Source: a virus (lineage: Duplodnaviria > Caudoviricetes). Taken from it: DNA of 64,000 nt. The translations under genes and the position numbers were made by a program. Of this stretch, positions 39,204-48,341 are shown piece by piece (the stretch's first letter is position 1; the number at the start of each line of letters is the position of its first letter). The DNA is taken from IMG/VR virus record IMGVR_UViG_3300008107_006173; one strand, 5' to 3'. The notes under the pieces were generated by a model. It saw only the letters and a program-made list of their open reading frames with translations. It made no database searches and was not told the DNA's origin.

Positions 39204-39286
39204 TATTTTAATCCTGTCTGCTTGTGTTATTACGGATTTATTTATGCAAATTTTGCTGCGTTGCAGCATTTTTTGAGCAAAATATT

Positions 39287-40084
39287 TTACCTAATGATTT
39301 TATTTTTCTTTACTGCTTGATCAAGCACAGAAAGATCAATTGAGTTTTCTTTGGCATAGGAAAGTAGACCTGCTGTATCTTTTGGAAAGCAATGTCCGCC
39401 AAAGCCAAACTTACCATCCATTCCTGGTACACGCAAATGGCTATCACCTATGCGTGAATCACGCTGTAGCATATCTGTGAATTGTTCCCAAGATGAATCT
39501 GCACCGCTGGCTTGGTGTAGTTTATGAATTTCATTCATGAATACAACTTTAGTTGCTAGCCAACTGTTAATTGTATATTTGAGTAAGCTAGCACTTACCA
39601 TATCTGTCTTAAATGTAGGAACAATCTTTACATGACTAAATTCAACATATGCTCGTTCTACTGCTTCACAGTTATTCCAGTGACCTCCTAGAATCTGCAT
39701 AGGTGGGTTGATGAAGTCGTTGTGTGCATTAGCTTCAGTTAGAAACTCAGGATTGTATACCAATTGCACATTATATTGTTGATCAAATCTTGTTAGATGA
39801 TCAGGTGTAATAGTGCTTTTGATTACAACAATGCCCTGGTAGCCAAACTTATCCAAATCAGATAGTACGCCATCTACAATTGATACATCCACAGATCCGT
39901 CTGAGCTTTCTGGTGTAGGTACACATACAAATATTAAATGCGGATCGTTTTCTACCATTTGCTGTAGTGTGACTACAGTCTTCTTTGGGTCAACTACCCA
40001 CATATCAACATTAGGAGTGTTAAAACCATTAATAACTGCACCGCCAACAAAGCCGCTACCAACTACACCTAACTTTAGTTTCAT
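39287..40084 (-). CDS. UDP-glucose/GDP-mannose dehydrogenase-family protein (short form)
   Basis: GSGFVG, FVCVPTP, IKSTITP, YNPEFL, GFGGHCFPKD. Confidence 0.88.
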   Translation of the reverse strand: MKLKLGVVGSGFVGGAVINGFNTPNVDMWVVDPKKTVVTLQQMVENDPHLIFVCVPTPESSDGSVDVSIVDGVLSDLDKFGYQGIVVIKSTITPDHLTRFDQQYNVQLVYNPEFLTEANAHNDFINPPMQILGGHWNNCEAVERAYVEFSHVKIVPTFKTDMVSASLLKYTINSWLATKVVFMNEIHKLHQASGADSSWEQFTDMLQRDSRIGDSHLRVPGMDGKFGFGGHCFPKDTAGLLSYAKENSIDLSVLDQAVKKNKIIR

Positions 40085-40326
40085 CATTCTCTATTTCCTA
40101 ACTTCTTAAACGCCTTTGCGGTTTTTTGTTCTTCCACCCATTCTTCTTCACCGTGGTACATAGGGCACCTAGCTAATGCTTCGTCGAGGGCAAACTTTAT
40201 TTCATATAATCGTTGTTTGCAATCCCAGCCAATAAAGCCATCCATTCTAGGATCAGTGGCAACATGTTCATATTGCCAAATCTGTTCCTTTACTTTATTA
40301 ACACCTAGTTTTTCTATGAAGGGCAT
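40084..40326 (-). CDS. Hypothetical protein
   Basis: 80-aa coupled ORF. Confidence 0.6.
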   Translation of the reverse strand: MPFIEKLGVNKVKEQIWQYEHVATDPRMDGFIGWDCKQRLYEIKFALDEALARCPMYHGEEEWVEEQKTAKAFKKLGNRE

Positions 40327-40769
40327 ACTTGCTTTACATCTATGTTACACTTTTCTAAAAATTCAATACCTGCTGTGCTGCGATACCTGTGCTTATAATA
40401 GACCTGCTTGATACCTGATTGGTAAATTAGTTTAGCACAATCAATGCAGGGTGCATGAGTACAAAACATTGTGGCGCCTTCGCCAGCTTCTGTACTCTTA
40501 GCAAGTTTACTAATAGCATTTGTTTCAGCATGAAGTACTTCGGGCTTGGTTTTTAAGATAATGTCTTCTCCAACTTCAGCCTCAACAACTAGTTCGTCCT
40601 CGCAGGTATTATCCCACCCACTAGGCATACCATTGTAACCAATAGATATAATACGATCGTCTTTAACAACAATCGCACCAACTTGTAGTCTTTTAGCTGT
40701 GCTTAATTTAGAGAACCTGTCAGCTACATCCATGTAAGCCAAAATAAATTTATCTTTGATAATCGTCAT
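40314..40769 (-). CDS. dCMP deaminase
   Basis: VGAIVVKDDRIISIGYNG, HAETNAI, PCIDCAK. Start refined to MTIIKD. Confidence 0.9.
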   Translation of the reverse strand: MTIIKDKFILAYMDVADRFSKLSTAKRLQVGAIVVKDDRIISIGYNGMPSGWDNTCEDELVVEAEVGEDIILKTKPEVLHAETNAISKLAKSTEAGEGATMFCTHAPCIDCAKLIYQSGIKQVYYKHRYRSTAGIEFLEKCNIDVKQVCPS

Positions 40770-40950
40770 CCCAATATTCGTCATCGTAGTCATCGCTGCC
40801 CTTACTACTCCAATCTGTACGCATCCATTCCTTTTCAAGATCTGGCTCTCCCCAGATACGATCCATCTTCTTTTGATGGTCGGAGTCCTTGAGTCTTCCC
40901 CGTTTCAGATCCGGCTCGAAACGCAACCGGTTTTTTCTTCTATCGCTCAT
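40750..40950 (-). CDS. Small charged hypothetical protein
   Basis: 66-aa ORF; sigma70 promoter TTGACT-16-TATAAT at about 41015-41042. Confidence 0.5.
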   Translation of the reverse strand: MSDRRKNRLRFEPDLKRGRLKDSDHQKKMDRIWGEPDLEKEWMRTDWSSKGSDDYDDEYWDDDYQR

Positions 40951-41078
40951 GATAGGTTTTTTAAGTTTACCTCTTTAAGTTACAAGTTTCTGGTAGTACT
41001 TTACCATTACAACTATTATAGCACCTATGCTATAAAAGTCAACTCTGCAAAATTACTTACCTAAAATGTATCTTTTCT

Positions 41079-41432
41079 TTACTTTTTCCACTCAAATTGC
41101 CAGCCGCGAAGCTCTGTTCTAATTAGACTGGTTGAGGGTTTTAGGTTTCCTAGACTTAGGTTAATCCACGCAAGGTCATTGTCGCTGTCCATTTTAGCAT
41201 AAACTCTAGTATAGGTTTTAGTTAGTGTTGCTTGATGAACTTTTTCTACTTCTACTTCATTGACTGTTTCTAAACCTAAATCAATGCCACTTGACTCAGT
41301 CCAGTAGTTGATGTCTTGCTGTAGATTGCTTACTGCTTCTTGAAACAGGTCATGCTTTAGTTTGAAGTCAGAGTCATTCTCTACTCGACGTATGTAATCT
41401 TTGTCTAGATCAACTAACAACAGCTTAGTCAT
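41079..41432 (-). CDS. Hypothetical protein
   Basis: 117 aa, contains MDSDNDLAWINL. Confidence 0.55.
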   Translation of the reverse strand: MTKLLLVDLDKDYIRRVENDSDFKLKHDLFQEAVSNLQQDINYWTESSGIDLGLETVNEVEVEKVHQATLTKTYTRVYAKMDSDNDLAWINLSLGNLKPSTSLIRTELRGWQFEWKK

Positions 41433-41434
41433 AG

Positions 41435-41908
41435 CTAGTCCTTGTATCGTTTAGCATTTTCATCCTGCCATACACGCTCGCGTAGATTACTGCTGCTGAA
41501 ACTGTGATCTCTGCTGTTGAACACTAGTTCAATTCCACGATCAAAACAAATGTCCTTGCCTGTAAAGTCTTTGTTAGCGTACTCTACACCCAAGATGCGT
41601 ACATCAATAGGTAGTGTTAACAGAATGTCTTGTAGGTCTTTTTCTGTTTGGTATACAACAATTTCATCTACGAAACGACATGCACTGACCTGTATCTGTC
41701 GCTCTAGAATACTCTGAACTGGAGGATTCTTTGAGTCTGGCCTATCAATTGTAGGATCAGTTTGCAGTCCTACAATTAAGTAGTCGCAGTGATTCTTTGC
41801 TTCGCTGAGCATGGCAATATGCCCAGCATGGAATAGATCAAATGTGCTGAATGTAATGCCGATTTTCTTACCCTCGGCTTTGAGTTGTTTAACTTTGTTG
41901 AATATCAT
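41435..41908 (-). CDS. Cytidylyltransferase (TagD-like)
   Basis: TFDLFHAGH (HxGH), GLQTDP, HSFSSSNLR. Confidence 0.88.
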   Translation of the reverse strand: MIFNKVKQLKAEGKKIGITFSTFDLFHAGHIAMLSEAKNHCDYLIVGLQTDPTIDRPDSKNPPVQSILERQIQVSACRFVDEIVVYQTEKDLQDILLTLPIDVRILGVEYANKDFTGKDICFDRGIELVFNSRDHSFSSSNLRERVWQDENAKRYKD

Positions 41909-42240
41909 TTTAGTAATTCCTTAATATCATTTGAGATGGGCTCTTTTAAAAAGGGACTAACATCGGAGGTTCCTCTGTTTCCTGTAGGAGTCCTTCCTGA
42001 AAAATGTCCAATCGGCGCAAGTATTAATCGCAGTAATTGTCCAAATATTTCTTTAATGTTACCAATTTTGATAGCATAAACAAGCATACTCACATGTGAC
42101 TTCAGATGCCCAAAGAGATTTGATTGTGCTACTATATGAATTCTTTGAAGATGACCCCAACTTTGCTTAATATCTCCTAATTCCGATGCTATATAAAATT
42201 TTTGATACTCATCAGAAATGAATTTATTGTTGAATATCAT
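41905..42240 (-). CDS. DUF3703-like protein
   Basis: WGHLQRIHIVAQ..HLKSHVSM..GQLLRL..PTGNRGTSDVSPF. Confidence 0.65.
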   Translation of the reverse strand: MIFNNKFISDEYQKFYIASELGDIKQSWGHLQRIHIVAQSNLFGHLKSHVSMLVYAIKIGNIKEIFGQLLRLILAPIGHFSGRTPTGNRGTSDVSPFLKEPISNDIKELLK

Positions 42241-42586
42241 GATTACGCTTTCCGCTGACTAATACTTTAATTACCTCTAGATCACGCATTGCGTCCTCTA
42301 AAATAGGATACTGTTTTGCAAGTTCTTCTAGTTCTTTTTCTTCCGTCATCTTCTTACGAGCCCAATCAATTGCAGCTTCGGCAGCGGGTGTCATGCTAAC
42401 CTGAACATGGCCTTGCTGTAGTTCGCGCCACACTTGGCCGTCATATACCTCAATGCTTTGTGCGTTTGGGTTGAAACGCATGTCGCCTACATTTAAGTAG
42501 CCAGAAGAGGTGTTGAAATAGTTGGTACTAGGAGTACCGCCCTGCACATATAGGTGCTGACCGCCGCCTGTAACTGTCTTAATCAT
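42224..42586 (-). CDS. Hypothetical phage protein
   Basis: 120-aa coupled ORF. Confidence 0.65.
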   Translation of the reverse strand: MIKTVTGGGQHLYVQGGTPSTNYFNTSSGYLNVGDMRFNPNAQSIEVYDGQVWRELQQGHVQVSMTPAAEAAIDWARKKMTEEKELEELAKQYPILEDAMRDLEVIKVLVSGKRNHDIQQ

Positions 42587-42939
42587 TGATTGAGTTTCTC
42601 TTGAATGAATACAGCGGTTAGTGCTTCTTCTAGATTATCATCATCGCGAATAATATAAGTGTTATCACGGTGCCGATCAACTTTACTGTTGTACTTGCTT
42701 ACAGATATAATGTGTCCGCCGATGGCTTTATCCAATCGTAGTGTGATACGCTCATCGCTGGTGTGGTCTCTACCAATGCTACTGTTCAATGGGGTGCATT
42801 CGCTGCCTGGATCATTTTCATTTTCCCATGCTTCACGACACCACTGTGCAAACTTTCTTTTAAACCAACCCATCTTTTTAGCCTTTCTAACCTTTCTTGG
42901 TCTAATGTAGTCAACCTGACTTTTAGCTGTGCTATACAT
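42583..42939 (-). CDS. Hypothetical protein
   Basis: 118-aa ORF; promoter TTGACA-17-TACACT at 42987-43015. Confidence 0.6.
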   Translation of the reverse strand: MYSTAKSQVDYIRPRKVRKAKKMGWFKRKFAQWCREAWENENDPGSECTPLNSSIGRDHTSDERITLRLDKAIGGHIISVSKYNSKVDRHRDNTYIIRDDDNLEEALTAVFIQEKLNQ

Positions 42940-43016
42940 ATTGTGTTACCTTATTATAGAGTACGATTGCTAGTTTTATATCTGCAAGTGTAACATAATT
43001 CTAACCACTTGTCAAT

Positions 43017-43024
43017 GATAAATA
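43017..43024 (+). promoter_or_regulatory. T4-type late promoter GATAAATA, back-to-back with a minus-strand sigma70 promoter
   Basis: About 30 nt upstream of the GTG at 43056. Confidence 0.7.
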
Positions 43025-43055
43025 TTAGATATGCTTGCGATCTTCTGGAGTTAAT

Positions 43056-45125
43056 GTGGCAGAACATAAAGATTATGGTTTAATTGGCGTAGGGCGCAAC
43101 CTGCAATTTGGTAAGCAGGGACCAGTTCTTGTAGGTAACGCTGATACAGATACTTTTACAGTCACGATGCAGGATGGTGCTACGCTCACAACTATGGGCG
43201 GCGCTAACGCTACTGATACTACTCATTTTATTACTAAGGCTCAGCTTGATGTAGTTTATACTGAAGCAACCTTTAAAGCTAATGTTAATTATAACGATAG
43301 CAGCCCAATACTGCTGGGTAACATTACCAGCGGTACAAAAACAATTATCACAACCCTAACTATTGGTACAGCATTTGATGATGCTAACGCTGTAGTAACA
43401 ATTGGTACTAGCGCCAATGCAAATTTGTTAATGAGCGACAACTATTGTGAGATTGAAGTTAACGGCGTTTATCAAACTGTTAACATTGTAGAGTTCGCAA
43501 ATAATACATCATTAAACATTTATGTCACTCAAGCAGGTGCTACAGCCGGTGCAGGTAATGTATTAGTCAGCGTGGTGGATGGACCAGTAGTAGATGGTGG
43601 TACTATCAATTATGGTGGTGGTGGCGGTGGTGTTGACCTAACTGATCTTAGTGTTACATCAAACAGCCCAAGTGGTAACGGTAGTTTAGTTTACAATAAC
43701 ACAACTGGTGTGTTTACTTTTACTCCTGCTGATGCTAGTTTAAGCAACTATGGTAACAGCAATGTCGTAACACTACTAAGTAGTCTTGGTTCAAATACTG
43801 TAGTTACTACCGGCAACATCTCAGCAGGATACTTTGTTGGTAACGGTTCACTGTTAACAGGTATAACTGCTGGCACAAATTATACTAACAGTAATGTTGT
43901 AACTCTACTCAGTAGCTTTGGTTCAAATACCATTGTAACAACAGGTAATGTTAGTGCTGGCAATGTTATCACAACAGGTACAGCATTAACAGGTATCTCA
44001 GCAATCGTAGCAGGTGTCACAAATACACTATTGCCAAATACTGTTGCAAGTTTTAGTGCCAATGTAAACAACTATACTCAGGTTACGCTACAGAACAAGA
44101 GCAGTGGTGCAGACGCTACTGCTGACTTTGTTATCACTGCTAACAACGGCAGTGACACAGTTAACTTTGCAGACTTTGGTATCATCAACAGTGGCTATGA
44201 TAATACAACACCAACCAACAGCCTAGGTAACATTGTATTTGCCGCTGATACATATTTGTATGCACAAGGCAATTCAAGTAGTGTTAGCCAAAGTGGCGGT
44301 AACTTAGCTATTGGTACAACTACTGTAGGTAAGACTGTTAAGGTGTTTGCTGGTGGTGCTAACAGCAACAGCATTGTTGGTACATTCAGCAACACAGGTT
44401 TAGCTGTTACAGGAACAGTAAGTGGCACTGGCAACATATCTACATCAGGTAAATTTATAGGCGATGGTAGTTCTCTTACCAACGTGACTGTAAGTGTTGC
44501 AGGCAATATAACTGGTACAAGTCAAAACGTTTCACTGGTTGCTGGTAGCTTTACTGCTACATTTGACAACACTGGTATCTTAACCTTACCGAGAATGGGC
44601 GGTGACGAAGGTGGCGAAATTAACTTTGGTGTTCCCGCAACCAACACTACATTGTCAACTCGCGTAGTTCTCGATGTTTACCAAGATAGATTAAGAATTT
44701 TCGACGGCAACACCAAAGGTGCGTATATTGATTTAAGTCAAGCCGCCACAGGCGTTGGCACACTACTCAACAACCGCGTAAGTGGTTTGGTCAATGCTGG
44801 CACATTTGTCACCATGGATCTTATCAAAGCCACAGTTACAACAAGTGGCAATCGCGGGCTAAGTTTAGCAGCAACAACAGGATCATTTGCTATTAACATA
44901 GGCGGCACTTATGCTACAACAACGCCCAGTAACGGAGGTAGTGCCGGAACAATGACTGTAACAACAACTGCTAGTGCTTCAGTGTTTAACTGGGGCTTTA
45001 CCAACCAAGGTGATATAGCAACTTATATCTTAACTGATACTACGAATAGTAGAGCCTATCGTATTACAGTACAGATAGGTAATAGTTACAACAACAACAT
45101 GATCAGCATTGAAAGATTAATCTAA
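43056..45125 (+). CDS. Tail fibre/virion appendage protein
   Basis: Start refined to GTG 43056 (SD GGAG). N-terminus paralogous to the 3290-7411 protein; shares the SGNGxLxYNNTTGVFxFTPA module with 9509-12622. Confidence 0.75.
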   Translation: MAEHKDYGLIGVGRNLQFGKQGPVLVGNADTDTFTVTMQDGATLTTMGGANATDTTHFITKAQLDVVYTEATFKANVNYNDSSPILLGNITSGTKTIITTLTIGTAFDDANAVVTIGTSANANLLMSDNYCEIEVNGVYQTVNIVEFANNTSLNIYVTQAGATAGAGNVLVSVVDGPVVDGGTINYGGGGGGVDLTDLSVTSNSPSGNGSLVYNNTTGVFTFTPADASLSNYGNSNVVTLLSSLGSNTVVTTGNISAGYFVGNGSLLTGITAGTNYTNSNVVTLLSSFGSNTIVTTGNVSAGNVITTGTALTGISAIVAGVTNTLLPNTVASFSANVNNYTQVTLQNKSSGADATADFVITANNGSDTVNFADFGIINSGYDNTTPTNSLGNIVFAADTYLYAQGNSSSVSQSGGNLAIGTTTVGKTVKVFAGGANSNSIVGTFSNTGLAVTGTVSGTGNISTSGKFIGDGSSLTNVTVSVAGNITGTSQNVSLVAGSFTATFDNTGILTLPRMGGDEGGEINFGVPATNTTLSTRVVLDVYQDRLRIFDGNTKGAYIDLSQAATGVGTLLNNRVSGLVNAGTFVTMDLIKATVTTSGNRGLSLAATTGSFAINIGGTYATTTPSNGGSAGTMTVTTTASASVFNWGFTNQGDIATYILTDTTNSRAYRITVQIGNSYNNNMISIERLI

Positions 45126-46507
45126 TGTTTATACAAGGTGTTGCTCTCAAAGGCGTTACAGTCAAAGACATAAACGATAACTTACTGTATCTAGATCCTG
45201 GTAATAGTGCTAGTTACTCAGGTTCAGGTACTACTTGGACTGACTTGTCTGGTAACAATAATACTGCAACATTAGTAGGTAGTCCAACTTTTACCAGTGC
45301 TGGTGCTGGCAGCTATTTTACATTCAATGGTGCTGGCACACAGTATGCTTCAACAGTAGCGTCTAAATATAATCAGCCTTACACCGGTAAGACAGTTATA
45401 GCAGCCATAAGACCCAGTGCCAGTGCATGGACCAGTGGTGTTAGTCAATATAGGGGCATATTTGGAACAGGCATAGGTAGTAGAAACTTTAACACTTACA
45501 TACGTCAAGACAATTCAAACAACTTAATGATACATTATAGCGCCGGCGGCATAGGCGGATTCAGCAACAACATATCCTTACCGTCAAACGCATGGACTAT
45601 CATTGCTGTAACACATACCACCGGCGGACTAGTAACATATTATGTTAACGGTGTAGCTGCGGGCACAAATACAGGTCACACCTTTGCTCAATATACAGGT
45701 AGTTCGGCTGAAAATGTAGGTAGGACTGATAACAATTGGTATGGCGATATTGGCGTTATTGCTGTGTATGGTAACGCATTAAGCGCCAGCGAAATATTAC
45801 AAAGTTATAATACCTTAGCTGTTAAGTATAGCGGCGTTACTACCAACTTGGTTGCATACTATGATCCAAGCAATGCATCCAGTTATTCAGGATCAGGCAC
45901 AGCACTAAATGATCTAAGCGGCAATGGCTTGACCGGTACTATGAGCAATATTACCTACACTAGCCCTTACTTCAGTTATAACGGAACAAACAGTCAAGTA
46001 AGCATAGCAGACAACGCATTATTAGAACCTGGATCTGGAAGTTGGACCATGGAAGCATGGGCTTATCTATCTAACACTGGTGCAGGAACCAAAACTATTC
46101 TAGGTAAATTTGATCCGGGCGGAGGCTCACAAGATGTGTCATATTCAATGCGTATAGCTACAGCCACCGCGTTCGCTCAGATGGGTGACGGACTAGGCAG
46201 CTATGTCAACAGTACAAGTTACACATTGACTGCTAACACCTGGACTCATATCGTTTATGTTTGGAAAAATGGTGCCACTAAAACACTAGAAACTTATATT
46301 AACGGTACAAGCATAGGATCAGTTAACCATAGCCTATCTAGTCTATTGAATACACCAGCTAACCTATACCTAGGCTCATATAATAATGGCGAATATAGTC
46401 AGTATTTTACTGGCCGTATAGGTATAACAAGATTGTACAACGCCGCACTATCCAGTGCTGATGTGCTACAGAATTACAACGCCAACAAGAGTAAGTACGG
46501 ACTTTAA
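45125..46507 (+). CDS. Tandem LamG/ConA-like lectin-domain virion protein
   Basis: Two domains, each starting Y.D..N..SYSGSGT...DLSGN and ending YxxALS..E/DILQxYN. Confidence 0.85.
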   Translation: MFIQGVALKGVTVKDINDNLLYLDPGNSASYSGSGTTWTDLSGNNNTATLVGSPTFTSAGAGSYFTFNGAGTQYASTVASKYNQPYTGKTVIAAIRPSASAWTSGVSQYRGIFGTGIGSRNFNTYIRQDNSNNLMIHYSAGGIGGFSNNISLPSNAWTIIAVTHTTGGLVTYYVNGVAAGTNTGHTFAQYTGSSAENVGRTDNNWYGDIGVIAVYGNALSASEILQSYNTLAVKYSGVTTNLVAYYDPSNASSYSGSGTALNDLSGNGLTGTMSNITYTSPYFSYNGTNSQVSIADNALLEPGSGSWTMEAWAYLSNTGAGTKTILGKFDPGGGSQDVSYSMRIATATAFAQMGDGLGSYVNSTSYTLTANTWTHIVYVWKNGATKTLETYINGTSIGSVNHSLSSLLNTPANLYLGSYNNGEYSQYFTGRIGITRLYNAALSSADVLQNYNANKSKYGL

Positions 46508-46743
46508 AAGCCAGCTATTCTAGCCTGTATGCCTTTTAGTACTTCGTTGCATACTGCATTAAATTCATAATCCTGTATATCGTGTAGCTCACGCATACGA
46601 TCCACAGCACTACGAACAGCAACCATTGGATCACTGCGTCCACTTGTAATGTGTTTCCAAACCATGCCACCAGGTTTGAATTCTGCTTCACTTAAAACAT
46701 CTAATATTAGATCTGAACTAACCATTGAATAACTTTTCAACAT
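46504..46743 (-). CDS. Hypothetical protein
   Basis: 79-aa ORF. Confidence 0.5.
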   Translation of the reverse strand: MLKSYSMVSSDLILDVLSEAEFKPGGMVWKHITSGRSDPMVAVRSAVDRMRELHDIQDYEFNAVCNEVLKGIQARIAGF

Positions 46744-47269
46744 TAAAATCTACAGTAGGAGGCTCAACATCCCATACAACAGGCTGTTGATATTTTCTTC
46801 CCTCATCTTTAAAATCTTCCAAGTAAGAAACTTCAACTACATTTAATTGATCCATTAGTCTCTTAATTTCCATATAGGATCTCATTAGATACTCTTGATA
46901 GATTTTGTACAGTTCAGGATCATATTTAATTTGTCGTTCTTCCAAATCAGTTGCATGCCAAGTTTTAGTTGTCATTGACACATAAAAACTTTTGCATTGA
47001 GCATCAAAATCTTTTCGATTATGCACATATACTTTATCTGCTTGTTTAATGCATCCGTTGAGTACAATTGTGTTAATATTATTTGGAAATATTTTTAATA
47101 ACACATTGTTTTCTGCTCTATAAGAATTTACCATATTTAAAATATCGCTGGTAGACTTCTTGTATTCAAAGTTGAAAGCCTCACCTACATATTTGTAACC
47201 ACACTCTTTTGTGATTCGATTGCATATGAATGTACTGCCAGATCGAGGTGTTGTTAGGACTACTATCAT
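46718..47269 (-). CDS. Sulfotransferase-like P-loop protein
   Basis: MIVVLTTPRSGSTFI (PAPS 5'-PSB loop); GGTAAATA at 47284-47291. Confidence 0.65.
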   Translation of the reverse strand: MIVVLTTPRSGSTFICNRITKECGYKYVGEAFNFEYKKSTSDILNMVNSYRAENNVLLKIFPNNINTIVLNGCIKQADKVYVHNRKDFDAQCKSFYVSMTTKTWHATDLEERQIKYDPELYKIYQEYLMRSYMEIKRLMDQLNVVEVSYLEDFKDEGRKYQQPVVWDVEPPTVDFNVEKLFNG

Positions 47270-47308
47270 AATTTTGTATTGTTTATTTACCGATTCATAA
47301 ATACTGAT

Positions 47309-47797
47309 ATGAGCGAAAACAGATATCAAACCGGTTTATTAAGTTGGAAAACAATTTTAGGTGTTTGGCAAAAAGAATTATGGCCTAACAGAACTAGTGC
47401 TATTGAAACACACAGCGCAATGACTTGGCCCTACGAAAACAGCCAACCCAAACATGATATGAGAGTGTTTGATTACATGCCCTACTTTATGGGAGTATAC
47501 GATAAACAGACGTTGATTGGGGTCAACAGCGGCCATCGTACCAGCATCAAACATTTTCGAAGCCGCGGCCTTTGGGTGCATCCTAGTTATAGGCGGCAAG
47601 GCGTGAGTCAAATGCTATTTCAATTAACCGAAGAAGCAGCACATAGAGAAGGTGCTGAGATGATTTGGAGTGTGCCAAGAAAAACCGCCCTATCTGCTTA
47701 TCAGCACTTTGGCTTCGAAACAGTGGGCGGTTTCTTTACTACAGAAACAGCTGAGTCTAATATTTACGCTGTTAAGAAATTACTTAGAGAAGCGTAA
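47309..47797 (+). CDS. GNAT N-acetyltransferase
   Basis: RGLWVHPSYRRQGVSQML acetyl-CoA motif, YQHFGF. Start ATG 47309, 5 nt after CATAAATA. Confidence 0.85.
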   Translation: MSENRYQTGLLSWKTILGVWQKELWPNRTSAIETHSAMTWPYENSQPKHDMRVFDYMPYFMGVYDKQTLIGVNSGHRTSIKHFRSRGLWVHPSYRRQGVSQMLFQLTEEAAHREGAEMIWSVPRKTALSAYQHFGFETVGGFFTTETAESNIYAVKKLLREA

Positions 47798-48313
47798 CCA
47801 ATCAATCATTGTTTCTGCATCAGAAACATCAAACGGATCGCTGTCTGCATTGTCACGGAAGCCCTGCTCAACCCACATCATTTCAACAACGCCGTCGTTG
47901 ACAATCATGCTGTAGCGCCAACTACGCATACCAAATCCTAGGTTAGCCTTATCAACCAAGAAACCCATCTTGCGGGTAAACTCACCTGTGCCGTCTGGGA
48001 TTGCTTTTACCTTTTCTACGCTTAGGCTCTTAAACCATGCGTTCATTACGAAACTATCATTTACTGAAACACAGTAGACTTCATCTAGGCCTAGATCCTG
48101 TGTTAGTTCCTTATATGCTGCTTCGTAACCAGGAAGGTGTGTGCTCGAGCATGTTGGAGTAAAAGCACCAGGGAGAGCAAATACTGCTACTCTCTTGCCC
48201 TTGAACATATCAACAGTACTCAAGTCAGCCCACTGAAATCCTGGAGAAGTATCTGATGTGACACGAACTCTAAATGTAACAATCGGTGCTTTAACTACAA
48301 ATGTACTTGACAC
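47780..48313 (-). CDS. Peroxiredoxin (Prx5-like)
   Basis: PGAFTPTCS, SVNDSFVM, RSWRYSMIVNDG. Confidence 0.93.
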   Translation of the reverse strand: MSSTFVVKAPIVTFRVRVTSDTSPGFQWADLSTVDMFKGKRVAVFALPGAFTPTCSSTHLPGYEAAYKELTQDLGLDEVYCVSVNDSFVMNAWFKSLSVEKVKAIPDGTGEFTRKMGFLVDKANLGFGMRSWRYSMIVNDGVVEMMWVEQGFRDNADSDPFDVSDAETMIDWLRFSK

Positions 48314-48341
48314 TTTATTTCTCCTTGTGTATAGATTATAT

